64,000 nucleotides of DNA from Malacoraja senta (Eukaryota). Positions 12,493 through 24,452 of this stretch are shown here, piece after piece. A program made the position numbers and the translations under genes. The notes under the pieces were generated by a model. The model was not told the origin of the DNA. It ran no database searches and saw only the letters and a list, made by a program, of their open reading frames with translations. The DNA is taken from positions 9,302,001 through 9,366,000 of the forward strand of contig CM075995.1 in the NCBI GenBank assembly GCA_038087875.1, in the 5' to 3' direction. The stretch's first letter is position 1, and each line of letters begins with the position of its first letter.

Positions 12493-13020
12493 GTATAAAG
12501 TGAGTAGAGCAGGGAACTGAGCACACAGCCGTGACGTGCTCCTGTACTGATTGTTATTGAGGAAGAAGTGTTTCTATCAATTCAAACCAACTGTGGTCTG
12601 TTGCTGAGGAAGTTGAGGATCCAATAGCAGAGGGATGCCCAGTTCTGTGAGCTTGGTAACCAGCTTGGAGGGGATGGTGTTATTGAACACCGAGCTGTAG
12701 TCTATAAACAACAGCCTGACGTATGTGTTTTTATTGTCCAAGTGCTCCAGTGTAGAGTGGAGAGCCAGTGAGATCGCATCCTCCGTTGACCTGTTGTGGC
12801 GGTAGGCAAACTGTAGTGGGTCGAGGTTCTTGTTGAGGTAGTAGTTGATGTGTACCATAACCAACCTCTCAAAGCACTTCAACACCACGGACTTCAGTGG
12901 CACCGGTCGATAGTCGTTGAGGCACGTCACCTTTCTCTTCTTGGGCACCGGTATTATTGATGCCCTCTTAAAGCAGGTGGGAACCTCAGACCTCAATAAT
13001 GAGAGGTTGAAAACGTTGGT
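12493..13020 (-). mobile_element. Rex1/Babar RT fragment
   Basis: ORF 12577..13074: [28 protein letters not shown]...[18 protein letters not shown]...[13 protein letters not shown]. Confidence 0.9.
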
Positions 13021-13569
13021 TGGTTTGCAGAGGTGGGACGAGGGTAGATGGGAAATGTTGATCAGTGTGGGCAAGTTGGGCCGAAGGGCCTGTTTCCATG
13101 TAGTATCACTCTATGACTCCAATTTAGAAGAATAAGGAGAATTGGAATTAAATATATAAGATTTTGAGTGGACCATTGAGTACCTAGTGGCAGGTAGTTT
13201 CATCTACCTGGGGGACCTAGAATGGAAGACACAGTCAGCTGTTTAGGTTGGAAATGACAAGAATTTTGTTGACGTGGAGGTATAAATCATAGAATTCTCG
13301 ACTAAAGGAGGGATGTGAAGGCTGAATTTTGAAGTGAAGCAAGGAAGCTTGAGGTGAAAGATTAGCCTTGAAGTGTTGAAGGTTGAGCGAAACTGGTTCC
13401 TTCTCTGGTTTCAGATGTTCTTGTGTTTTCTAATATTTTAATTTTGTTGTAAGAAAGCAATTCCATGCTACTCTTTCTGTTATCCTGCGATCTCATTTTG
13501 ATAGACCTGTGAAAGGGAATGATGTATCTAGTTTGAAAAATCTACTTGGCTTAAAGAAAGATAATTTTA

Positions 13570-13893
13570 TTCTCACCCTCTCACCCTGGCCACAAACTCT
13601 TTGAAGCACTTCCCTCTGGAAGGCGACTCCGGACTGTCAAAGCTGCCACAGCCAGACATAAAAACTGTTTTTTTCCACGAGCAGTAGGTTTACAACAGCC
13701 AAAAGTCTGTCCTTTTGCTCTGGTATTTTATTTCCTTCTTCACATGTTTAAATTATGATGTTTTATTTTTAATTGTCTACTGTATATCGTGCTGTTACTT
13801 GCGAGCAAAGCACCAAGGCAAATTCCTTGTATGTATACATATTTGGCTGATAAAATGTATTCAATTCAATAAAATGTATTCAATTCAATTCAA
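13570..13893 (+). mobile_element. Rex1/Babar 3' end
   Basis: SHPGHKLFEALPSGRRLRTVKAATARHKNCFFPRAV; (ATTCA)n tail; related minus-strand tail at ~50730-50895. Confidence 0.85.
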
Positions 13894-14231
13894 AAGCTGC
13901 ATTTTTTAAGTGTGAAATATATTGCTGTATCCATTCTTTATTTTGTATGCCTTCGTACTTGTAGATGGATGCACACTTCCTAAGAAATAAAGTTGTGGAG
14001 TAACGCCAGAACTTGGGTCTTGTCTCTTTCGTTGCAAGTTAGCATCTGGACTTCCTTTTTTTACATTCTGATGTACGCTTCCTCTCTGGGTAAGGTTGAT
14101 AGAGTGGATACTTGCTGAATTTTGGGATTATAACTAGTCTCTCATTTGAATAAATGTAGTAGGAGATTTCCTCGTTCAACATAACCATGTCATCTCCAGA
14201 CAAACTTTTCACATCAGTTATTTACTTTATG

Positions 14232-14494
14232 TAGCAACAAGGAACTGCAGATGTTGATTAATACTAAAAAGGAAACAAAGTGCTGGAGGAGTAACTCTGT
14301 AGGTTCAGTCCGAAGAAGGGTTCCAACCCTAAACGTTATCTTTTCTCCAGAGAAAAAAATATTCCTTTTCTAGAGAGATGCTGCCTCACCCACTGAGTTA
14401 CTCCAGCATTTTGTGTCTAGGTCGGGCAGCATCTCTCGAGAACATGGATAGACGATGTTTCGGGTCGAGACCCTTCTTCAGACAGTCTGAAGAA
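14232..14494. mobile_element. Mini-Penelope pieces (family 1); continues at 15332
   Basis: AAGGAACTGCAGATG...CAAAGTGCTGGAG arms; hammerhead motifs in both orientations. Confidence 0.75.
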
Positions 14495-15331
14495 CAAAGG
14501 ACAAAGGACATTTATTGTCACACACCAATTGGTGTAGTGAAATTTGAGTTGCCATTTGCAGCACACCAATAAGAATAAAACACAACATTAAAGAATTTAA
14601 CATAAAACATAAAAACATCCCCTCACAATGGTTCCCACTGTGAGGGAAGGCAGCAAAGTCCAGTCCACTTCCTCTTGTTCACCCATGGTCGGGCTTATTG
14701 AGGCCTCCTCAGTCGCCGCGACGGCGGCCCGATGTTTCAGGCCCTCTCGCTGGATGGTGGAGATCCGGCGTCGGAAGAACGCTCTCAGCGGCTTGGAGTG
14801 TCTGGAACGGCGGCTTCCTCCCCGGAGACCGCGGCTCCCGAAGTCCACAGGCCGCGCTGGTCGGAGCTCCAACACTGGCGATCTCCACGAAAGATCCCAG
14901 GCTCCGCGATGTTTAAAGTCAGCGCCGCCCGCGGCTGGACGCTCCGCAACCACAGCTCCGCGATGTTGGAGTCGGCGGTCTCAGCACTCCGGAGCTTATC
15001 ACACGGCGACCCGGGTAAGGCATCGCCCGCTCCGCGATGGTACTCCAGCGCTGTGCCACCGCCGAAGCTGAGGTTCTGGTTGGTCCCGGCAGGAAACGCC
15101 GCTCCAGTCCCGTTGGTAGGCCGCGAGGAAGGGGCGAAAATGTGGCTCGGAGGAAAGCTGCATCTCCGACCAGGTCGGGACTGAGAAATACAGTTTCCCC
15201 CTCCCTCTCCCCACATAAAAAGACTAGACCTCCAAAACAAAAACTTTCAACACACTAAAAATAAAAAAAAGGGGTGAAAGGACGAACAGCTGCAGGCAGT
15301 GCAGCCATACTCAACGGCGCCCCCACGGTAA
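14495..15331 (-). mobile_element. GC/CpG-rich non-coding retroelement with Rex1-like 3' tail
   Basis: TSD TGAAGAA at 14488-14494 and 15332-15338; minus-strand 3' end GTGACAATAAATGTCCTTTGTCCTTTG; shares blocks with 29531-30250. Confidence 0.7.
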
Positions 15332-15350
15332 TGAAGAAGGGTCTCGACCT

Positions 15351-15614
15351 GAAACATCACCTATCCATGTTCTCCACAGATGCTGCCTGACCTGCTGAGT
15401 TACTCCAGCACTCTGTGAAACGTCACCTATCCATGTTCTCCACAGATGCTGCCTGACCCGCTGAGTTACTCCAGCACTCTGTGAAACGTCACCTATCCAT
15501 GTTCTCCACAGATGCTGCCTGACCCGCTGAGTTACTCCAGCACTCTGTGAAACGTCACCTATCCATGTTCTCCACAGATGCTGCCTGACCCGCTGAGTTA
15601 CTCCAGCACTCTGT
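15351..15614 (+). repeat. Tandem array, 4 x 66 bp (PLE-derived)
   Basis: Unit GAAACGTCACCTATCCATGTTCTCCACAGATGCTGCCTGACCCGCTGAGTTACTCCAGCACTCTGT starting at 15351, 15417, 15483, 15549. Confidence 0.95.
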
Positions 15615-16154
15615 GTCCAGCTCTTTTCTTTGCGGCCTGCAATGTATACATGAATCCACTTCCTTTTTATGAAGGCTGTTACGATAGCTTCTGCTTTCAT
15701 TGTTTCTAATAGTGCATAATGTGTTTTTTTGATGATATATTTAAGGGCAGCACAGAGTTGGTCTTGGCATCATGTTCGCTGCACACATTGAAGGATCTAT
15801 TCCTGTGCTGTACAATTCTATATTAACACTCTGGGGGAAAGTCACCGAAAATAATAGCTCATCTAAGCACATCATTTAGAGTTTGTTTTTGCCAATGGGC
15901 TAATAATTTATGAAAATATTAAAATTATTTACTCTTGAACTTAGACTTGGAAAGATCGTCTATTATTAGATGTTGGAGCAGGTTTGAGGAGTTGTGACCT
16001 ACTGTTAGTTTGTATATTTTTGGGGAACTTCAGTGTTATGTTTTGAGCTGGCCATTTATTTAATATTAACTGCTATTAAGGTTAATGTACTGTCAATAAA
16101 TACTTTTCAGATGTGACAAATATTTTAAGGGGAGTAAAGAATAAGCTTTACTGT

Positions 16155-16426
16155 AGACTTTAGAGGTGAAGCATGGAAACAGACCCTTCAGTCCATCGAG
16201 TCCGCGTTGACCAGCAATCCCCATACACTAACACCATTCGAAAGACTAGTGACAAATTACAATTTTACCGAAGCCAATTACCCTACAAACCAGTAGGTCT
16301 TTCGAGAAAACCGGAGAAAATCCACGTGGTCACAAGAAGAATGATCAACCTCCGTACAGACAGCTCGAACCCGGGTCTCTGGCGCTCTAAGGCTGCAACT
16401 CTACTGCTGCACCACTGTGCCGCCCC
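16155..16426 (-). mobile_element. V-SINE
   Basis: Minus-strand head GGGGCGGCACAGTGGTGCAGCAGTAGAG, B box GGGTTCGA, V-domain and CR1-like tail. Confidence 0.85.
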
Positions 16427-17824
16427 AAGTACTGCTAGTTTGTATATTTGTAGGGAAGTTGCAGTTATGTTTTGAGCTGGCCGTTTAATTCATATTGTGT
16501 CGGGAGGCACTGCAGATGGTGGTTTACATTAAAAAATATGCACAAAAGTCTGCTGTAACTCAGCGGGACAGGAGCATCTCTGGAGAGAAGGAATGGGTGA
16601 CTTTTCAGGTTGAGACCCTTCTTCAGACTGCCTGAAGGGTCTCGACTTGAAATATCACCCATTTAATTAATATTAACTACGACTGATGTAAAGTTTGTGC
16701 ACTGATAATAAATACTTTTTAGATGGGGCAAATCTTTTCAAGTGGAGTAAAGAATAAGCTGTCTGTGATCAAACTGAGAAAATATTCAGAATGGAACATA
16801 ATGAAAGCAGTTAAATGCATGTCATTGATTTTCTCAACAATGCAAATATAATGCACATAAATCCGTGGGTAAGGCTCTGTATTCAAGGTGTACAAAATAC
16901 AGGAGTTATGATTTATAACGGCAATTATCTGAATTATACAGCAGAAAGTATGTATAGATTAGATACTTGCCTGTTAACTCATTTGCATTTCATCTCATTT
17001 GCAAAATGGAGGGATTTTACCACCGCGTGATATTAAGTAACACAGATAAAGCTGCTAGTGAGGGTTAAGGGACATCTGCACAAGTCTTGCTCTTATTTAT
17101 CATTTAGTCATGAGGTATGATAATACATGTGATGGTGAGGTGGAGGGAGCTTCCCTGTCAATATCTGCCACATGTGGGGGATGCAGTTTATTTCTCAACA
17201 TTTATCGTCCACTCCAGAGCAAGCAAACATAATTCAACCCAGGAAGAACAGTCTAAGTAATAATTTTTGATGACATCTACATTTCAGACGTTCATGCACT
17301 CCTGGCCAATTGAACCATTCCTGGCAAAGTGAACAGTTTTGAACTACAGTAGATTTTTAACACCAGACTTGCTTTGCATACATTGAAAAATGTACAAGGG
17401 CTTGTTTGAAATAGGGTCACAGGGTAAGAAAGGAACTACCTGGTGGGTGCCACACATTCATTGATATAAATGCTATTTAATAAACACGTCAGAAACAGGA
17501 GCTGGAGTGGGTCATAGAAGCCCACATGTGTTGCAATCAGATCATTTGTGATCTAATCTTTGCTATCAATAATCTCCTCCATGATCTTCACAACACATGA
17601 CTTCCCTGAAGTCCAAATATATTATTACCTCAGCTTTAAATGTGCCTAGTGATTTGACATCAACAGATTTCCGAGGAAGATAATTGCAATGATTCACATC
17701 ACTGTGAGAGAAAATAATCCCTAACCCTTCAGCGTTAAGTCATCAGCCCTTAATCCTGAAAGTATGACTGCTAGTTCTTGACTCCCACCAGATGAAACAT
17801 CCCTGAAGCCCTGTCAAGAAGTTT

Positions 17825-18200
17825 AAACAGTTCAATGTTGCTTTATTTGTCTCGTATTCAACGGCACAGTGACATTTGTTTTGCATATTTACACATGTGT
17901 GCGCCGCCGTGTTTTGGCACCATTTCCAAAGTCTAGTCCGCCTGTTTGCACGGTCTACTGGAGCAGTTCCTGATCCAGGTGAGCCCCAGGCTCCATCGCC
18001 CTCAACTGGCTTGCCCCACCAACCGTCGTCCCTCTCCTCTCCTGAACATCTTTGTCTCCTGCAGCCGACCTTGAAGTCGCTGGAGGCATTACCCTGTTTC
18101 ACCCACCCTTGCTCCTCGCATCCGATGTCGCCAGTGTCTCCCTCTGTTGAGCCTTCGGTCGGGCACCACCAACTGGCAAGCCTTCGGCCTCTACTACGCG
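17825..18200 (-). mobile_element. GC-rich non-coding element with Rex1-like tail (second family)
   Basis: Homologous in opposite orientation to 63005-63205 (GCCAGT.GAGGGCGA.GGAG...CCTGGATCA.GA.CTGCTCCAGTA). Confidence 0.6.
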
Positions 18201-18389
18201 GCACCTCAGGAAGGCTTCATTCACTCATTCATGTCAGTTATTCAGTCACTCAATCTAAACTCTTCTAAAAATGGTATTGATCAATTCTGCTTAATATTCT
18301 TGTCCCAGTATTGCCACTTTGGCGTGCATTTTATTAAATTTGGAGACTTGACAGCCCAGTGCCACCAAAGCCCAGTACCATTTCAGCAA

Positions 18390-19035
18390 GAACATAGAAA
18401 AATAGGTGCAGGAGTAGGCCCTTTGGGCCAGCATCTCCATTCAATTTGATCATGGCTGATCATCTAAAATCAGTATCCCGTTCCTGCTTTTCCCCCATAT
18501 CCATTGGTTCCTTTAGCCCTAAAAGCTAAATCTGACTCTCTTGTAAACACCCAGTGAATTGGCCTTGCACTGCCTTCTGCGGCAGAGAATTCCACAGATT
18601 CACAACTCTCTGGATGAAAAAGTTTTTCCTCATCTCAGTTCTAAATGGCCTACCCTTTATTCTTGAACTGTGGTTCTGGACTCCCCCAACATCGGGAATT
18701 TTTTTCCTGCACCTTGCCTGTCCAATCCTTTAAGAATTTTATATGTTTCTATAAGATCTCCTCTTATCCTTCTAAATTCCAGTCAGTACAAGCCCAGTCG
18801 ACCCATTCTTTCATCATATGTCAGTCCAGCCATCCTGGGAATTAACGTGGTGAACCTACGCTGCACTCCCTCAATAGCAATAATGCCCTTCCTCAAATTA
18901 GGAGACTAAAATTGCACGCAATACTCCAGGTGCGGTCTCACCAGGACCCTGTACAACTGCAGTAGGACCTCCTTGCTTCTAATCTCAAATCCTCTTGCAA
19001 TGAAGGCCACATGCCTTTAACTTTTTTCACTGCTC
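18390..19035 (-). mobile_element. 5'-truncated CR1
   Basis: Same family as 2481-3121 and 45672-46948; (TTTCTATG)-type tail at 18390. Confidence 0.9.
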
Positions 19036-19249
19036 CCAAAGTCCACAAGCCTAGCTGGGTGGAGATTCAACACTGGCGTCCCTCGGCAAAGGAGATGACA
19101 CAAAGCTGGGTGGCAGTGAGAACTGTGAGGAGGATGCTATGAGAATGCAGGGTGTCTTGGACAGGTTGGGGGAGTGGGCAGATGCATGGCAGATGAAGTT
19201 TAATGCGGATAAATGTGAGGTTATCCACTTTGGTAGCAAAAACAAAATG

Positions 19250-19560
19250 TAAGCGACCTGTCCAGCTTTCGCCGAGGTAAGTGGGTGTTTGTTGGAAGTC
19301 CAAGCGCCTGTTGTTAACGAAGACAGCTAGCTCTCGCTTAGCTTCCTTGTTGTTTAGATGGAATGCTGTTGACACTGTTTTGCCTTCACTCAGCTTTAGA
19401 CGCCACTGTCGTAGGTATACAGCCAAAGTTCCCATGTCTTGACTCAAGGAGCTTTAGATTGTCTTCCACTCTTTGTGTCTCATCAGGATGGCTAGATCGT
19501 CAGCATACCCATATTTTCCAGCGATGGTCTCTGGGAGGTCATGGATATACACGTTGAATA
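19250..19560 (-). mobile_element. I-group (Vingi/Ingi-like) LINE RT fragment
   Basis: FNVYIHDLPETIAGKYGYADDLAIL...YLRQWRLKLSEGKTVSTAFHLNNKEAKREL...PTYLG; contains the YADD catalytic motif and an internal stop. Confidence 0.65.
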
Positions 19561-19799
19561 ATTGACAACTAGCATCTCCTTTTGTACCACCCAGACTTTA
19601 GCTCAGTGGAGGATAACCTGGATTGCAGAATGATGACTGAAATAACGATGAAATAAGTCTGATCTGTTATATATAAAAGAAAAGAGAGAGAAAGCCGTGG
19701 AATGAATCATGGAAGAGACTTACAACAATGGCAGAAAAAAGCCTGAAAAGTGGTAGATATAGCTAGCTATTGAATAGGAAACATGGTGGAGTACATGCA

Positions 19800-20462
19800 C
19801 CAATCAGTAACACCCACAATCTGTCCTGGACCAACCACGTTGAAGCTATGGCCAAAAATGCCTCTAATTCCTCTAGAGACTGACATTTGACATGTTTCCA
19901 ACTTTCACCGATGCACCATAGTAAGCATACTTTAGGTTTGAGAACAGCTCTTCCCCAGACCGCAAGAAATTGCAGAGAGTTGCGGATGTAGCCCAGAACA
20001 TCACACAGACCAGACCACCATTAATTCCATCTACACTTCATGCTGCCTTGGGAAAGCAGCCAACATAATCAAGGACCCTTTTCACCCCTGGTCATTCCTC
20101 CTCGTCCTTGTTCTTGTTGGGCAGAAGATGCAGAAGTTTGAAAACACACACCACCAGACAAGGTGACAGCCGCTACTCTGTTATCAGATATCTGAAAAGT
20201 TCTCCCATAAGCCAGGATACACTTCTGATCTTCCAACCTACCTCATTGCAGACATTAAACCTTTTCTCTGGAACTATAACGCTACAATTTTGAAAATTAT
20301 ATTTTGCACTCTGGTAGATTTTCTCTTTGCTCTACATGCTGTACTTGAGTTTGGTTTGATTGCATTCATGTATAGTATTATCTGCTTTAATTAGCTTGTA
20401 CGCAAACAAAGGCTTTTTACTGTATCTCTCTACATGTAACGAAAATAAACCAGTACCAATAA
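19800..20462 (+). mobile_element. Rex1/Babar 3' fragment
   Basis: Decayed DRKKLQRVADVAQNIT...IIKDPFHP...GRRCRSLKTHTTR plus the typical 3' UTR. Confidence 0.8.
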
Positions 20463-21000
20463 ATACAGAAAGCCCATCATGGTGTCAGTGGATGGAGAGA
20501 TGTGGGTGGAAGGGGACAGAGGGGGGGATAAAATGGAACTGGGAGACTCGGGGATGGGAGATGAGTGTATGAAGGAAGGGGAAGGAGCAGGGTGACTGGG
20601 GAGTGCACCAGGGGGGCAGGCAGGGGAAAGAAACAGGGCTTCAGGGTATTTGACAGACTGTATTTCAGGCAGGTCTTGACCCAAAACGTCACCTATTCCT
20701 TTTCTCTCGAGATGCTGCCTGACCCGCTGAGTTACTCCAGATTTTTGTGTCTATGTTTGATTAGAACTGAGTAATGTGGTTTAGGCAAGCTCGAGTTTCC
20801 ATTTGCTTGTCGAACATAGATGTATGTTAGGAGAGTCACCTGTCTGTACTTTGGAATGGCTTCTTGCGTTTGAGGCAGCAGAAGTTATGTAACGCCCTCC
20901 AGGCACTGTAGCCAGTTAGACCTTCCGCATTCTGATGCAGCAGGGTGATGCCATCCGGCTCGACATCCGTAGGGCGCATGCTCCGGGTTGGTGCCAAGCC

Positions 21001-21226
21001 GCGGCGAGTGAGGTTGCATTAGGGCTGCAAGCTGCGGCGACTGAGGTTGCATTAGGGCTGCAAGCTGCGGCGACTGAGGTTGCATTGGGGCTGCAAGCTG
21101 CAAGCTGCAGCGACTGAGGTTGCATTAGGGCTGCAAGCTGCGGCGACTGAGGTTGCATTAGGGCTGCAAGCTGCAGCGACTGAGGTTGCATTAGGGCTGC
21201 AAGCTGCGGCGACTGAGGTTGCATTA
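21001..21226 (+). repeat. Minisatellite, ~6.6 x 33 bp
   Basis: Unit GCGGCGACTGAGGTTGCATTAGGGCTGCAAGCT; one 7-bp internal duplication near 21100. Confidence 0.95.
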
Positions 21227-21614
21227 TTCCTGCTGCTGTCTGTGTTTGTTGTCGTTCACCTGACTGAGGTCACTTGACAGGGCGAGGAGGTCGACAACAT
21301 CAGCCCCTTTGAATGGCTGTGTCACTTTGTAAAGATTCTGGATACGTAGGCTACATGTCTCAGGACTACCTGAACAGAAATGATTTTGTATTGATTTAAC
21401 TTTACCCATATTTTCTATCTCACTGAACTTACCGTGTGAATCAATAGCCACTTCATCATTGTTTGGGGGAGATGCCTTTTTGCCGGCCGTGCCAGATTGA
21501 ACAACTGCCCAGGGGGTATATTGGGTACTATGTAATATGTGTTGCCATATTAGCGTCCATATAGGATAAAGAACAGCAAAGAAAGAATGGAAAATCAACT
21601 AGCTTTTTAAAATT

Positions 21615-22560
21615 TTCTGTATTGCCATCGTGGACTGTTATTGGTCCTGCAGTTGTTCATAATTGATATAAATGATAGAAGGTTCACACCCAAGTTTGCT
21701 AATGATACAAAGCTCAATGGGAAGTGAGCAGTGAGGATAAAGCAAAGATATGCCTCCCTTTATCGATCGGGGCAGTGAATATAAGAGTCAGGAAGTCACA
21801 TTACACATTTATGAGACTTTGGCTAGGCAGCATTTGGAGTATTGTATGCAGTTCTGATCAACCATTACAGGAGGGATGTGGAGGTTTTATAAATGGTGCA
21901 GAAGAAGTTTACCAGAATGCTGCCTGGATTAGAGGCCTGCAAAGAGAATTTGGACCACCTTGGATTATTTTCTCTTGAGCGCTGGAGGTTGAACTGTTGA
22001 AGTATATAACGTTATGAGGCACATCGATAGGGTAAATACAGAACCTGGTTCCCAGGGTGGAATACTTCAGAGATACAGCTCAGAAATGGGCCCTTCGGCG
22101 CAAGCGAGTGTTCACTCTGTACACTAGCACTACACACCAGGGACAGTTTAGAATTTGTTTTATCAAAGCCAATTAACCTACAAGTCTGCATGTCTTTGCG
22201 GTGTGGGAGGAACCCGGAGCACCTGGAGAAAACCCACAAGGTCACAGGGAGAAGGTACAAACTCCATACAGACAGTACCCGTAGTCCGAATTGAACCTAG
22301 AGATACAGCATTAAAATTAGCACCCAGTGGAAACCCACGTGGTCACAGGGAGTACGTGGAAACTCCACACAGACTAGAGGGTATAGCTTTAAGGTGAGAT
22401 AGTCAAAGTTTAAAGGAGCTTACGTGGGCCAGGTTCTTACGTACAGAGATTGGTGGATGCCTGCAACGCACGGCCAGGGATGGTAGTGGGGGCAGATAAG
22501 ATTGACGCATTTAAAAGGCTTTTTGATAGGCACATAGATATGCAGGGAATGGAGCACATT
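21615..22560 (+). mobile_element. Old CR1 fragment with nested V-SINE pieces (~22070-22375, -)
   Basis: KFANDTKL, HLEYCMQF and CR1 3' UTR remnants. Confidence 0.7.
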
Positions 22561-22837
22561 GTGGCAAAGTGTGAGATTGTGCACTTGTAGGAAGGAAACA
22601 CCGTTTTTTATAATGGAGGGAAATTAGTGAGCATAGAGTCGAGAGTTTTTTCTTTGTCATATGCATTGTATGTGAATCGGAACAGTGAAATGTTTAGATG
22701 AGAGGTGCAGCTTTGCAGGTGCATTAGATACAACAACAATTGAAATAAACATTATTTTTTAATGCATAATATATAATAAATGATCAAATATTCGACGTAA
22801 TTCCAATGAGATTCTTAGTTCCAAGAGATTTTCGACC

Positions 22838-23238
22838 CCCCTTGGTCATGGCTGACCACGGGTGTCTCCAGGGTGCTATTCCCTATATGGAGGATGCCTG
22901 TGCGTGACTTTGTTTAACGTGGGGAGACTGGTGCACAGACAGCCACCCCACGGTCCTTGACAGATCTGGGTCAGGATCCAGTGGCATGGAGTCCAAGACG
23001 ACCGGAGACCCTTTTCTGCTGCAGCCTTCATCCGCCTTCCCAGCCGTTGTGACGCTCCACTAAGGTCAGCCATCGTCCTCCGCCTGTTCCACCGTTGAGG
23101 TCTTGGTTGGATTGCTCTTTGTCAGAGACCTCCCCCTCAACCTTACCGCCATGGGTGGCCCTACCAGGAGCATAGCTCCAGACGGCATCGCTCTCAGGAC
23201 CACACAAGCTTCTCCACCACGACAAGGTGACAATCCAC
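22838..23238 (-). mobile_element. RTE-clade 5' UTR-like segment
   Basis: Minus strand begins CACCTTGTCGTGGTGGAGAAGCTTG...GAGCTATGC...GGGCCACCCA...TCTGACAAA, resembling RTE/BovB/Expander 5' ends (from recall). Confidence 0.6.
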
Positions 23239-23714
23239 GGAGATCTGGTCTTCTGAATTGCATCAGTCATTCGGGAGGTGAAAGTGGATAATGTGATAGA
23301 GGTCCGGAAATGCACAATGAAATGGGTTTCCGCTGCCAGTGGACTTGGAAAGCTGATTAGTTACTAATTAGAGTGGCACCAGGAGAGTTGTGTGTTTGCC
23401 ACTTGCCTGCAGCATCTGAGAGCCGAGATCTGCAATCTTCCTCCACCCACTCCCACCCCCCTGCTACCCACCAGCCTCCTCTGCTGCCTGTACTTCCGTC
23501 AAGGCAGCATCATCTGTTTGTCATATCTTACATCAATCAAAGAAGGTGGAAATGTTAAGCGCAGCAATTATTCCAAAACAATTTTTGTAGAATTTTGGTG
23601 GCTCATTCATTGGCCAATTATGACAGCAGATATTTCTGCCTTGCACGTTAGTCTTTACTTCTGTCTTTCTGTCAGAAAGATCGCTAGTCTCGCCTCATTC
23701 TGTCTTTATTATAT

Positions 23715-24010
23715 TAGACTTTGGAGATACAACATGGAAACAGACCCATTGGCCCACCGAGTCCAGGCCGACCAGCAATCCCCGTATACTAGCTCCATTT
23801 GACACACTAGGGACAATTTATAATTTTACCAAAGCCAATTAACCTACAAACCTGTACGTCTTTGCAGTGTGGGAGAAAACCGGAGGAAACACACTCGGGT
23901 CAGGGGGAGAACGTACAAGGTCCGTACAGACAGCACCCGTAGTCGGGATCGAACCAGGATCGCTGGTGTTGTAAGGCAGTAGCTCTGCGCTGCACCACTG
24001 TGCTGCCCTA
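23715..24010 (-). mobile_element. V-SINE
   Basis: tRNA head with GGTTCGATCC, V-domain and tail. Confidence 0.85.
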
Positions 24011-24217
24011 AAACATTGAACTGCATCTGTGGTGAATGTGACGCTTTCAATTTACCTGTGATTTGGAGTTTAATAGCGATGCAACGTTTTGATCTTCAGC
24101 TTTGTGAGATTCTATCTTAATGTTGTAATGTGCATATCATTACAGTAGTTTTACTTCAGAATGTGAAGGGCCATTATTTCTGCAATTCTAAACCCAATAC
24201 CATTGCAGTTTCTGATT

Positions 24218-24452
24218 GTATAGGAAGGAACTGCAGATGCTGGTTTAAACCGAAGATAGACACAAAAAGCTGGAGTAACTCGGCGGGTCATACGGCATCT
24301 TTGGAGAAGAGAAAATATATCTCTGGAGAAAAGGGGAAAGACCTTTCCCCTGACTGTCAGTCTGAAGAAGGGTCTCAACCCGAAATGTCACCTATTCCTT
24401 TTCTCCAGAGATGCTGTCTGACCCACTGAGTTACTCCGGCTTTTTGTGTCTT
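24218..24452. mobile_element. Hairpin mini-Penelope (family 1) with hammerhead motif
   Basis: Inverted arms; CTGAAGAAGGGTCTCAACCCGAAATGTC from ~24362. Confidence 0.8.

Noticed and set aside
14597..15258. Overlapping GC-rich ORFs or a host CpG-island promoter
   Set aside because: They lie within a TSD-flanked insertion with a related copy at 29531-30250; long ORFs are expected in GC-rich DNA.
20885..21277. Repeat peptides (AATEVALGLQA / MQPQSPQLAAL)
   Set aside because: By-products of a 33-bp minisatellite, broken by a 7-bp frameshift.
20888..21299. Solo LTR (TGTAAC...ACA)
   Set aside because: No matching TSD and no convincing terminal inverted repeat.
21433..21527. Minus-strand exon ending in a strong GTAAGT donor
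   Set aside because: Weak acceptor, no recognisable peptide in any frame, and no partner exons found.
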